From positions 1 to 20,016 of the forward strand of contig JAWLEP010000044.1 in NCBI GenBank assembly GCA_041686025.1: a stretch of 20,016 nt of DNA, written 5' to 3'. The notes below the pieces were generated by a model, which did no database searches, had not been told where the DNA came from, and was given only the letters and a program-made list of their open reading frames with translations. How positions within the stretch are numbered: position 1 is the stretch's first letter; every line of letters begins with the position of its first letter. Positions 6,796 to 15,608 of the stretch are shown here, one piece after another. A program made the translations under genes and the position numbers. The stretch is from Candidatus Fermentibacteraceae bacterium. GTDB taxonomy: Bacteria > Fermentibacterota > Fermentibacteria > Fermentibacterales > JCC-6.

Positions 6796-8565
6796 ATGAC
6801 AAGGCCATCTCTCGCGATCCTCGCCCTGCTCCCCATCGCCTCCACATTCGCAGACGAAGTACAGGACACCCTCTGGACGGATTCCGGCTTCATCATCACC
6901 CAGTCGATGGCCTGGGAGAAGCCGTGGATTCCCGGCCGGCTCGAGCTGGATCGCCTCCAGTCCCAGATACTGGACTCGGCCTACGTGGGCGACGGCCTGG
7001 TGGGCCTGAGCCTGACGGACCTGGACGGTGACGGGGACCAGGACGCCTTCTACCTGGTGCATCAGTGGTACAACGACTACTTCCTCTACGCCCTGGAGAA
7101 CATGTCTCCCTCCCAGGAGTGGGCGCTGCGCTACGAGAGCAACGGGCTGAACCACCCGCCCAGCTTCGACCACGGCGACATAGACCTCGACGGCCTGCAG
7201 GACATCATCACCGTCCGCAGGTCCGGCAGCGCTTGCATGATACACGCCCAGAGAGCTTCGGCGGAATGGACCTGGAACTGGGCAACCGACGTGATAGGGA
7301 CCATTCCCCTCACCGGCTCACCGCTATGCGTGGTCGACCTCAACGCCGACGGGGCTCCCGACATTGTAACCAACTACGTCCCCGGGCTGGCCTTCTGGAG
7401 GAACGACCATGAGATGGGCCTGTTCACCCGGCTCAGCATTCCCTTCGACTGGGCCAGCACCCTCCAGCAGCTGGAGACCGCCGACATCGAGCCCGACGGG
7501 GACCAGGACCTCCTGGTCCGGGCAATGCCCGGAGTATGCGTGCTCAGGAACATCTCGCCCCAGGACCTGGAGCTGCAGGAGGAGGTTCTCCCGGAGTCGG
7601 GATCCCAGAACCACGCGGAGTTCGCCGACATGAACGGCGACGGGAGCCTGGACGTGGTAACCTCCGGGGAGCGGATCCGCTGGTACGAGCACTTCGGCGG
7701 GGAGTGGACACCGCACGACGTGGCGGACGTGCCTGCGGGCCACTTCGACGTGGGTGACGTGAACGGGGACGGCTACCCCGACATCGTGGCCCAGCCTCCT
7801 CCGGATGCGGAGCACCCGTCCCCGGCCTTCCTTCTGGCCAGCACCGGCCCAGGGAGCTGGGAGCTGGAGTACCTGGCCAGCTGCCGTCAGGAGTACGATC
7901 TGGTGGAGGTTGCCGACCTGGGCTTCGCCTCCGGGGACGAGGTGGCTCTGGGGAGGTTTTGGATGAGCGCAGACTCGGACGTTGCGGACTCGGGCTGCCT
8001 GATCTCCCTGATTTACGACGTGGAAGTGCCCGACAACGACTGGGGCACTATCACCTGGACCGCCGAAACCCCGCCGGAGACGGAGATCCAGTTCAGAGTC
8101 CGGGGTTGGGACGAGTATGCCTCCAACCCTGCACCATGGTCGGATCCAATAACCATGCCGGGCACCAGCCTGGCCCCCTACTTCGACGACGGTGTATCCG
8201 TCATCCAGTACATGGTGGAGATGCGCTCGGCCCATGGTCTCTCTCCATCCCTGGACGACGTAACCCTCACCTACATGCCCCTGGGAGCGGAGGCCGGCCC
8301 CGGGCCGGCCGGCGTCGACCTGCGGCCGCTGGCCAACCCTTCGGGGCAGTCTTTGGAGGTGGAGCTGGGACTGCCGGAGGCATCCGAGGCCACACTGTCT
8401 ATATACGACGTGGCCGGCAGGCTGGTCTGCAGGCCCCTGGATGACGCGCCCCTGGCAGGCGGAGTCCACAGGTGCGTCGTATCAGGTCTTCCCGCCGGGG
8501 CTTACCTGATGCGGCTGGAGGCCTGCGGGAAGACAACCGTCTCCCGGGTGGTGGTGTGCCGGTGA
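6796..8565 (+). CDS. Secreted FG-GAP/VCBS repeat protein with a C-terminal T9SS type-A / FlgD-Ig-like sorting domain
   Basis: Signal peptide MTRPSLAILALLPIASTFA. Six DxDxDG-type motifs (DLDGDGDQD, DIDLDGLQD, DLNADGAPD, DIEPDGDQD, DMNGDGSLD, DVNGDGYPD). Beta-sandwich 'WGTITWTAETPPETEIQFRVR'. Tail 'NP...LSIYDVAGRLV...LPAGAYLMRL...RVVV'. Alternative ATG at 6775. Confidence 0.88.
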   Translation: MTRPSLAILALLPIASTFADEVQDTLWTDSGFIITQSMAWEKPWIPGRLELDRLQSQILDSAYVGDGLVGLSLTDLDGDGDQDAFYLVHQWYNDYFLYALENMSPSQEWALRYESNGLNHPPSFDHGDIDLDGLQDIITVRRSGSACMIHAQRASAEWTWNWATDVIGTIPLTGSPLCVVDLNADGAPDIVTNYVPGLAFWRNDHEMGLFTRLSIPFDWASTLQQLETADIEPDGDQDLLVRAMPGVCVLRNISPQDLELQEEVLPESGSQNHAEFADMNGDGSLDVVTSGERIRWYEHFGGEWTPHDVADVPAGHFDVGDVNGDGYPDIVAQPPPDAEHPSPAFLLASTGPGSWELEYLASCRQEYDLVEVADLGFASGDEVALGRFWMSADSDVADSGCLISLIYDVEVPDNDWGTITWTAETPPETEIQFRVRGWDEYASNPAPWSDPITMPGTSLAPYFDDGVSVIQYMVEMRSAHGLSPSLDDVTLTYMPLGAEAGPGPAGVDLRPLANPSGQSLEVELGLPEASEATLSIYDVAGRLVCRPLDDAPLAGGVHRCVVSGLPAGAYLMRLEACGKTTVSRVVVCR

Positions 8566-10316
8566 TCCGGGCTGCAGCGGCAGCGCTGGCGATCTCTCTG
8601 GCCTCCGCGCTTCTCGGCTGCTGCGCCAATCCCGAGGGTGCCGCTCCGCCCACGCCGTCCACCCTCCAGGGCGTCTTCTCCGGCGACACCACGGGGCATC
8701 CCGAACCCCCCGCCCTGGGCCACGGGGCAGCGGTCCGCCAGCCCGGTCCGCCGGGCAAGGGGGGCTACGTCTGCCTGATAGACCTGTGGTGGACGGAATG
8801 CCCGGATTCGGACTTCTCCGGGTACCTTCTCTACAGGTCGGGCCAGCCCGGAATAGAGCAGGAACCCGCAACAGCTACCCTCGTGGACAGCGTGGGATCG
8901 GCAGGCGACACCACGCTCACCGACGATGACGTGGACTGGAGCCGGCAGTACTTCTACGCTCTGAGGACCCGCAACCACCAGGGAAGCAGCGCGTGGAGCA
9001 ACGAGATCTCGCTGATGACCCCAAACCTGCCCCAGGATCCCCCCACGCCGTCGACCCTCGCCGTGGATACCGTAGGCTACAGCCTGCTGCAGGTGAGCTG
9101 GACGCGATGCCCCGACGTGGACTTCTCCTCCTACGACCTCTACTCATCCGAGGACCCGGGCATCGAGCAGCAGCCCTCCGGCGCCTCCCTGGAGCAGCAT
9201 TCGGAAAGCGTTCTGGACACCGTTTTCGTCAGGGATGCCATGCCGCAGGAGTTCCCCCTGTACATGGCCCTGCGCACCACCGACCAGTCGGGCAACGAGG
9301 CTTGGAGCAACGAGGTCCTTCTGGAGGCCCCGGAGGCCGAGTTCACGGTGACCGACTCGGTGGACGTGGGTGACCTGCCGGAGCAGATGGCTCTGCTGCC
9401 GGGCGGGCAGATGCTGTACGTGACGTGCTGCTCTGATCCCGGCCAGGTCTGGGTGATCGACACGGAGTCCGCCCAGGTCGTGGCCGTGATGGACATGGGC
9501 GGCAGGCCGTTCGGAGTCTGCGCCCTTCCGGACGGTGAGCGGGTCTACGTCTCCATCCCCTCCGAAGACAGGCTGGCTGTGATCGAGACCTCCACGAACA
9601 CCGTGGTCGACACCGTCTGGGTATCGGGACGGCCCCTGGGACTGGCCTCCCATCCTGATGGAGACCGGGTGCTGGCGGCCTGCTACGGCTCCCGTCAGGC
9701 CAAGCTGGTGGATGTGGCGGCGGGCCAGGTGACGGACTCGCTGGACCTCGAATGGGCTCCGTGGAACGTGGTCTTCGAAGAGGGCGGGTCCCGGGCCTAC
9801 CTCGCATGTCCCTTCCAGAGCGGCGCCCTCTGCAGGATCGAGATGGACGGCTTCACCCAGGACGGCTACATCGACCTGGAGCCCGGCCTGGTGGACGCCG
9901 CTCTCTCCCCCGGAGGCGGAACCGCCTTCGTCTCCTGCTGGAACACCGGCATGATCTACGTTGTGGGCACCGCCGGGATGTCCTTCGAGGCCCAGCTGGA
10001 GCTGGGCGGCAACCCCGGCATGATGACCCCGGCCGTGCAGGGATCTCCAGCCACCTGCAACCAGGGGACCTCGCAGCTGCAGATGCTGGACCCGGGCACC
10101 TGGGACCTGGTCCTGGAGCTCCGCGCTGGAGAGGGGCTGTGGTGCCCGGTCTACCACCAGGGGAGCAACAGGTTCTTCGCCGCCGACTACGAGGGTGGCG
10201 CCGTCTACTTAATCGAGGAGACCTACGATGGCCGGGAACGGCGCGGCGCCGGGATGCCCCCCCGTCCGGGCACCTCCCCGAAGCGGCACATAGAGGCCGC
10301 GCTGGGGGACCTCTGA
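8562..10316 (+). CDS. Lipoprotein with two FN3-like domains and a YncE/YVTN-type beta-propeller
   Basis: GTG start overlaps the upstream TGA (GTGA). Lipobox LLG-C. Two repeats PPTPSTL...W..CPD.DF..Y.LY.S..PGIE...YALRT....AWSNE, followed by blades such as 'RPFGVCALPDGERVYVS....RLAVIET'. Confidence 0.85.
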   Translation: MIRAAAAALAISLASALLGCCANPEGAAPPTPSTLQGVFSGDTTGHPEPPALGHGAAVRQPGPPGKGGYVCLIDLWWTECPDSDFSGYLLYRSGQPGIEQEPATATLVDSVGSAGDTTLTDDDVDWSRQYFYALRTRNHQGSSAWSNEISLMTPNLPQDPPTPSTLAVDTVGYSLLQVSWTRCPDVDFSSYDLYSSEDPGIEQQPSGASLEQHSESVLDTVFVRDAMPQEFPLYMALRTTDQSGNEAWSNEVLLEAPEAEFTVTDSVDVGDLPEQMALLPGGQMLYVTCCSDPGQVWVIDTESAQVVAVMDMGGRPFGVCALPDGERVYVSIPSEDRLAVIETSTNTVVDTVWVSGRPLGLASHPDGDRVLAACYGSRQAKLVDVAAGQVTDSLDLEWAPWNVVFEEGGSRAYLACPFQSGALCRIEMDGFTQDGYIDLEPGLVDAALSPGGGTAFVSCWNTGMIYVVGTAGMSFEAQLELGGNPGMMTPAVQGSPATCNQGTSQLQMLDPGTWDLVLELRAGEGLWCPVYHQGSNRFFAADYEGGAVYLIEETYDGRERRGAGMPPRPGTSPKRHIEAALGDL

Positions 10317-10317
10317 T

Positions 10318-11922
10318 ATGGGGCCGAGGGCCGCGACAGCTCTGGCGCTAGCCGCAGCGATACTCGCCCTGGCGTGCCTGCAGGGCCCGGAGGACACCGA
10401 GGGTCCACAGCCCTCGGACCTGTCCCTTGAGCTTCTGGAGGCAGAGGAGCCCGGCCGCGGAATCCAGTCCACCGACAAGGGAACCTGGGTGATCAGGGCC
10501 TCCTGGACCCAGTACAGTGAGGACGACTTCTTCGCGTACCGTCTGTACCGTGCCCCGGACAAGGATTGGGCCACGGACACCTCAATGGCCGACTGCGTCT
10601 TCTCCACCGACTGCCTCACCGTCACCAGCTTTGACGACCAGAGCTTCGTCTGGGAGCGCAACTATTACTACGGGCTCAGGACCATCGACCTCTCGGGGCG
10701 GTGGGCCTGGAGCAACGTCCCGCACATCTACACGGACGTAGACCTCGAACCCTGCAGCCTGTGGGTTGCAGACAGCTCCGGGGCTTCGGCCGTCCTCTCC
10801 TGGTCCGGCCAGACCCCCCCGGACTTCGCCGGGTTCACCCTGTTCCGCGACAGCCTCCCGGGAATAGAGGCCTCCCCCGGCGATGCGGAGGTGGTCTTCT
10901 CCACGACGGCCCCCGGGGTCAACAGCCATGAGGACGGCCTGTGCATGCTGGCCGCCGATCAGTACTACGCGCTGAGAACAGAGACCGAGTCGGGCATGGA
11001 GGCCTGGTCGAACGAGGTCCGGGTGCGCCTGGAGCCCGTACCTCTCACCGTTACCGCCCAGGTCGAGGGCCTGGCGGAGCCCGGCTACGTCTGCTTCACG
11101 CCGGAGGGAGAGGGGATCTGCGTAGCCCAGTGCAGCCCCGGCGCTTCCTTCGTGCTGCTCGATGCCCAGGGCCAGGTGGCCGGCCAGCTCACCCCCGAAG
11201 GCGAGCCGGGATGCCTGGCATCTTCCCCGTACGAGGGACGCATCTACGCCGCCACCACCGCCCCGGACATGCTGCTGGCCCTGGATCCTTCAGACCTCTC
11301 CGTACTGGTCTCGACGGAGCTGCCGGGCAGGGTCACGGCCATGCAGGCCGCTGCCGCCGACCCCCACCTGTACTGCGCCGTCTACGAGCCCGCCAGGCTG
11401 CTGGTGCTCCAGACCCCAGGACTGGAAGTCCTGGCCAACCTGCCGCTGGAGGCCTACCCGCTGGGGGTCTGCGAGGGCCCCGACGGAGAGACCGTCTGGG
11501 CCACGAACTCAGGCAATTCCAGCGTGCTGGCCTTCTCCAAGGAAGGCTGGGACTCCACCAGGGTCGCCGTCTCCGCATACCCAACCGGCATAGTCGCATC
11601 CCAGCAATCGGGGATGGTCTACGCAGCCTCTTGGAATGAGGACCGGCTGGATATCATCTCCCCGGGTGCCCCCTGGGTGCAGGGTCACATAGAGACCGGC
11701 AGAAGCCCCTTCGGCCTGGCGGTGCATCCCGACGGCTATGTGTACGCCGCCTGCCAGCTCGACGACGCCGTGTCCCTGGCCGACCTGTCCACCAGGACCT
11801 GCCGTGCCCTGATTACCACCGGCCACGGCTGCAGGGACGTGGCGATCTCCCCCGACGGCCAGATGGCAGCCACCGCTGATACGGAGGCCGGCACCGTCTC
11901 CATCCTCTCCTTCGCAAGGTAG
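10318..11922 (+). CDS. Paralogous lipoprotein with two FN3-like domains and a YncE/YVTN-type beta-propeller
   Basis: ATG 1 nt after the upstream stop. Lipobox ALA-C. Two 'W....DF..Y/F.LY/FR...YY.LRT....AWSN' repeats and blades such as 'SPFGLAVHPDGYVYAAC', 'RDVAISPDG'. Confidence 0.85.
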   Translation: MGPRAATALALAAAILALACLQGPEDTEGPQPSDLSLELLEAEEPGRGIQSTDKGTWVIRASWTQYSEDDFFAYRLYRAPDKDWATDTSMADCVFSTDCLTVTSFDDQSFVWERNYYYGLRTIDLSGRWAWSNVPHIYTDVDLEPCSLWVADSSGASAVLSWSGQTPPDFAGFTLFRDSLPGIEASPGDAEVVFSTTAPGVNSHEDGLCMLAADQYYALRTETESGMEAWSNEVRVRLEPVPLTVTAQVEGLAEPGYVCFTPEGEGICVAQCSPGASFVLLDAQGQVAGQLTPEGEPGCLASSPYEGRIYAATTAPDMLLALDPSDLSVLVSTELPGRVTAMQAAAADPHLYCAVYEPARLLVLQTPGLEVLANLPLEAYPLGVCEGPDGETVWATNSGNSSVLAFSKEGWDSTRVAVSAYPTGIVASQQSGMVYAASWNEDRLDIISPGAPWVQGHIETGRSPFGLAVHPDGYVYAACQLDDAVSLADLSTRTCRALITTGHGCRDVAISPDGQMAATADTEAGTVSILSFAR

Positions 11923-12085
11923 GCTTCACGGGCCCTCTCAATGCGGGTAGAGCGATCATTCCTTATTATCGTAGCTGGAATCACGGCATCCGCCCGCCGG
12001 ACCGCGCCCGGATGGAATACGCGCCCGCCGGCGGAGTATCACAGACCATGAGACAGCGGCAGTTCCGTCTGGGAAGGAAACAGCG

Positions 12086-13339
12086 ATGCGCACCAAGAAG
12101 CTACCCGTGGGATACCTGGCAGGGGCCCTGGCCTGCATGATGACGCTGGCCTGCTCTGCCACGGCCACCAGTGAGACCGAAGGCAGCGACGATGTCGTTG
12201 CCGCCAACACCGCCTTCGGCGTTGAGATCTTCTCCGTGCTGGCCGAAGACAGCCCCGCCGGGAACCTCTTCATCTCCCCCTACAGCATCTCCACAGCACT
12301 GGCCATGACCTGGGCGGGGGCCGAGGGCCGCACGGCGGAGCAGATGGCCGAGGTCCTCCGTTTCGACATGTCAGAAGAGAGCGTCCACCAGCAGTTCGAA
12401 GACATCCAGGGCAAGCTGGCAAGCGACTACAGGCAGCAGTACATCGAGGGCACCGGTGATCCACTCACACTGGAGGTGGCCAACGCCCTGTGGGCGCAGG
12501 AGGACTTCTCCCTGCTGCCCGACTACGTCGACCTGGTGCGGGCCAGATACGCTGCCGAGGCCCGGAACCTCGACTTCGCCGGAGACCCGGAGGACTCGCG
12601 GCAGACCATAAACGCCTGGGTGGAGGAGAAGACCCGGGACCGCATCCTCAACCTGCTTCCGCGGGGCTCAATCGATGCCTTGACGCGGCTGGTGATAACC
12701 AACGCCGTCTACTTCAAGGGCTCCTGGCGCGATCCCTTCGACGAGTCGGCCACCAGTGACGGCCCTTTCACCACCGCAGAAGGATCAGAGGTCACCGTGC
12801 CCATGATGCACCAGACCGAGGAGTACCCCTACTTCCAGGGCTTCGGCTGCCGGGCTGTGGAGCTGCCCTACGCCGACAACCAGAGCAGCATGGTAGTTCT
12901 GCTGCCCGACGGCGACCTGGGGGAGTTCGAGCAGACCCTCACCGAGCAGAAGCTCTCGGACATCACCGACAGCCTGACGTCGAAAGAGGTGGAGCTGACC
13001 ATGCCCTCCTTCGAGTTCACCAGCTCCTTCAGCCTCTCCGATGTGCTGAAGGCCATTGGCATGACCAGGGCATTCGCGCCGGGAGAGGCCGACTTCTCCG
13101 GCATGACCGGCAGCAGGGACCTCTACATAAGCGCGGTGATACACAAGGCCTTCGTGAAGGTGGACGAGGAGGGCACCGAGGCCGCAGCGGCAACCGCCGT
13201 GGTCATGGCGCTGACCTCGGTTCAGCCGGAGCCCGAGCCCGTCGTCCTCACCCTCGACCGGCCGTTCCTGTTCCTGATCCGCGACCGGATCACCGGTTCG
13301 ATACTGTTCATGGGCAGGGTGGCCGACCCCTCGGCCTAG
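12086..13339 (+). CDS. Serpin (serine protease inhibitor), predicted lipoprotein
   Basis: NLFISPYSISTALAM, INAWVEEKT, LVITNAVYFKGSW, VPMM, ELPY, ADFSGMT, HKAFVKVDEEGTEAAAATAV, DRPFLFLIRD..TGSILFMGRV. Lipobox TLA-C; RBS GGAAGGA. Confidence 0.97.
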   Translation: MRTKKLPVGYLAGALACMMTLACSATATSETEGSDDVVAANTAFGVEIFSVLAEDSPAGNLFISPYSISTALAMTWAGAEGRTAEQMAEVLRFDMSEESVHQQFEDIQGKLASDYRQQYIEGTGDPLTLEVANALWAQEDFSLLPDYVDLVRARYAAEARNLDFAGDPEDSRQTINAWVEEKTRDRILNLLPRGSIDALTRLVITNAVYFKGSWRDPFDESATSDGPFTTAEGSEVTVPMMHQTEEYPYFQGFGCRAVELPYADNQSSMVVLLPDGDLGEFEQTLTEQKLSDITDSLTSKEVELTMPSFEFTSSFSLSDVLKAIGMTRAFAPGEADFSGMTGSRDLYISAVIHKAFVKVDEEGTEAAAATAVVMALTSVQPEPEPVVLTLDRPFLFLIRDRITGSILFMGRVADPSA

Positions 13340-13357
13340 AAGACCCGGAATGTGGTT

Positions 13358-13383
13358 CCGGCCCGTCCCCCGCGGCGGGCCGG
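13358..13383 (+). terminator. GC-rich hairpin after the serpin gene (possible terminator or mRNA-stabilising stem)
   Basis: CCGGCCCGTC-CCCCGC-GGCGGGCCGG (8 Watson-Crick pairs plus U-G and C-G). Only TT follows, so the U-tract is weak. Confidence 0.35.
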
Positions 13384-13408
13384 TTCCCACAAGCCCGAAG
13401 GGAGTACC

Positions 13409-13882
13409 ATAAGACCAGTCGCCGTCCTGGTCCTTGCCGCCCTCTCCACCCAGGCCAGCCAGGTGTTCGGCATGGACCCGGAGGAAGCCCTGGGCATGAC
13501 CGAGGTGGTGGTTCTGGCCAGGGTGGACCAGGTCTCCGAGATACCCAATGAGTACGCCGTGGTCATGGAGTACGGCCTGGAGGTGGTGTCGGTGCTCAGC
13601 GGCGCCGACTCCACGGCAAGGGGCCTTGCCGCCGTATACGCGGCCGACCGCCCCCGCAGCTTTCTCACCGGGGACGGCACCGAGCTATGGGAGTCGCCCC
13701 CGGTCACCGGCTCCGGCCTGGAGATGTCGGTGCAGCGCGGAGACACGGTTGTGGCCTTCCTGGGCTCGCGCCTGGAGGACTACCCGGAGCCGGTGAGCCT
13801 GGTGCGGATGGAGCCGGCGGACAGCCTGCCCGCCGTGCGCCGGCTGCTTCTGGGCATGGGCCGGTTGACCCGGAGACACTAA
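13409..13882 (+). CDS. Hypothetical exported protein (start uncertain: ATA 13409, GTG 13352 or ATG 13472)
   Basis: Host-like codon usage. GGGAG RBS followed by ATA AGA CCA and the signal-like 'RPVAVLVLAALSTQASQ'. Beta-rich body (VVVLARV...YGLEVVSVLSG...GDTVVAFL). Confidence 0.65.
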   Translation: MRPVAVLVLAALSTQASQVFGMDPEEALGMTEVVVLARVDQVSEIPNEYAVVMEYGLEVVSVLSGADSTARGLAAVYAADRPRSFLTGDGTELWESPPVTGSGLEMSVQRGDTVVAFLGSRLEDYPEPVSLVRMEPADSLPAVRRLLLGMGRLTRRH

Positions 13883-13893
13883 TATTGCAGTAT

Positions 13894-13914
13894 ATGTCCA
13901 GCGATACTGGACAT
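13894..13914 (+). promoter_or_regulatory. Inverted repeat upstream of the AbiE operon (candidate AbiEi operator)
   Basis: ATGTCCAG-CGATA-CTGGACAT, a perfect 8-bp inverted repeat in an AT-rich gap 22 nt before ATG 13937. Confidence 0.55.
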
Positions 13915-13936
13915 GCATGTAACTATATGGGGCGCC

Positions 13937-14587
13937 ATGGAGCTTGTGGCCAGGCTGAGGGAAGCGATACCGGAGGAGGTCTTCGACTACCGGACCCTGA
14001 TGTGTCTCCTCGATGACTACAGCAAGCCGCGGGATGCAGTGGGAAGGCTGGTCCGGTCGGGGGCACTGGTGCGGATCCGTCAGGGCCTGTACTGCTTCGC
14101 GCCTGCATTTCGCAGGAGGGAGATACCCCGGCCCTGCCTGGCCAACCTTGTCTACGGCCCATCCTACGTCAGCCTGGAGTATGCCCTTGCATACTGGGGC
14201 CTCATCCCCGAACGGGTGCATCTTGTGACGTCGGTAAGCATCGGGCGGAGCCGCAGCTTCGAGACCCCCCTGGGCGGCTTCTCCTACCGGATGCTGAAGC
14301 TGTGCCGCTATTCGCCCGGCTTCATGCGGGTCACGGAGGAAGGCAGCCCGTTCCTCATCGCTACCCCCGAGAAGGCGCTGGCCGACAAGGTCTGGACGGA
14401 CTCCAGGTTCCCCGGCGACACCATTTCCTCCTACGGCGCGTACCTCCATGATGACCTTCGCATAGCCGGGGAAGACCTGGCCCGTCTGGATCTGTCCATC
14501 CTTGCTGCCATAGCCCACGCATACGATTCGAGGAAGCTGCGCAACCTGAGCTCGTACATGGCAGGGGAGGTGAGCAGGCATGCATAG
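13937..14587 (+). CDS. abiEi: Type IV toxin-antitoxin antitoxin, AbiEi-like (N-terminal wHTH)
   Basis: 'RLVRSGALVRIRQGLY', 'LANLVYGPSYVSLEYALAYWGLIPERV..VTSV', 'IATPEKALAD'. Overlaps the downstream toxin gene by 8 nt. Confidence 0.88.
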   Translation: MELVARLREAIPEEVFDYRTLMCLLDDYSKPRDAVGRLVRSGALVRIRQGLYCFAPAFRRREIPRPCLANLVYGPSYVSLEYALAYWGLIPERVHLVTSVSIGRSRSFETPLGGFSYRMLKLCRYSPGFMRVTEEGSPFLIATPEKALADKVWTDSRFPGDTISSYGAYLHDDLRIAGEDLARLDLSILAAIAHAYDSRKLRNLSSYMAGEVSRHA

Positions 14588-15449
14588 GGCGGTGCGACAG
14601 ATGGTTGACGCGTACGGCCCTTCGACGGGCGAGGACTACGTGAACGCACTCAGGGAGGTTCTTCAGAGCATGGCCCTTCTCGGGCTCTGGAGAAGCGGCT
14701 TCTTCGAGCATGCGGCGTTCTACGGGGGAACGGCCCTGAGGATCCTCCACGGTCTGGACCGCTTCTCGGAGGACCTGGACTTCACTCTCCTTGAGCCTGA
14801 CCCGACATTCGAGCTGGGGCGCTGGGGCCGCGCGCTCACCAGGGAGATGGAGGGCTTCGGCTTCTCCGTCCGCTTCTATCCGCGGCGGCGTCGGCCTTCG
14901 GGAAGCAGAATAGAATCGGCGTTTCTGAAGACGAACACGGTAAAGCATCTGATCGAGATCGGGGCTGAAGACGAGGTCATCAGGGGAATGCACCCCGGCC
15001 GGAAGTTGAAGATACGGTTGGAGGTGGACACCGATCCTCCCGGGGATTTCGATACGGAGACGAGATACCTTCACCTTCCCATACCCTTTGCCGTAAGAAC
15101 CTGTTCCACGATGGACATGCTTGCCGGAAAGGTCCATGCAGTGCTGTGCAGGCCGTGGAAGAATCGCGTGAAGGGTCGGGACTGGTACGATCTGGCCTGG
15201 TACTCCTTCAGGCATCCCCGGATGCGCCTCGCCCAACTCGAGGCGAGGATGCGTCAGAGCGGCGATTACATCGACAGGAATCCGCTTACCGCTGGCCATC
15301 TTGGGGAGATGCTGCAGACCGCCGTCGAGGAGCTTGACATAGAGAGCGCCCGGAGCGAGGTGCTTCCCTTCCTGCAGGAGCCTGATTCGGTAAGGGTCTG
15401 GTCCAGGGACTTCTTCAGCGAAGTTGCCGGCCGCATAGTACCGGTGTAA
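14580..15449 (+). CDS. abiEii: Nucleotidyltransferase toxin, AbiEii/AbiGii family
   Basis: 'FYGGTALRILHGLDRFSEDLDF', 'IRLEVD', 'AGKVHAVLCR.W..RVKGRDWYD'. Translationally coupled to the antitoxin (ATGCATAG). Confidence 0.93.
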   Translation: MHRAVRQMVDAYGPSTGEDYVNALREVLQSMALLGLWRSGFFEHAAFYGGTALRILHGLDRFSEDLDFTLLEPDPTFELGRWGRALTREMEGFGFSVRFYPRRRRPSGSRIESAFLKTNTVKHLIEIGAEDEVIRGMHPGRKLKIRLEVDTDPPGDFDTETRYLHLPIPFAVRTCSTMDMLAGKVHAVLCRPWKNRVKGRDWYDLAWYSFRHPRMRLAQLEARMRQSGDYIDRNPLTAGHLGEMLQTAVEELDIESARSEVLPFLQEPDSVRVWSRDFFSEVAGRIVPV

Positions 15450-15608
15450 CGGATGGCCCTGTCGTCCCCGGGATCACAAATGTCGAGGCTGTAGTCCGGA
15501 ACACCCGAATCTGCTGCCGGTCAACGTACTACGTGCCCGATCATGCGAGAGTGGCCATGTCGGCGTATATTGCAGCGGAAACCGGATCAATATGAGAGGG
15601 AGGAACCC

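Noticed and set aside
8472..8561. Upstream start extensions given in the ORF track (8472, also 13913 and 15543)
   Set aside because: Downstream starts fit better: the GTGA overlap and signal peptide at 8562, RBS and signal peptide at 15609, and 13913 falls inside the upstream inverted repeat.
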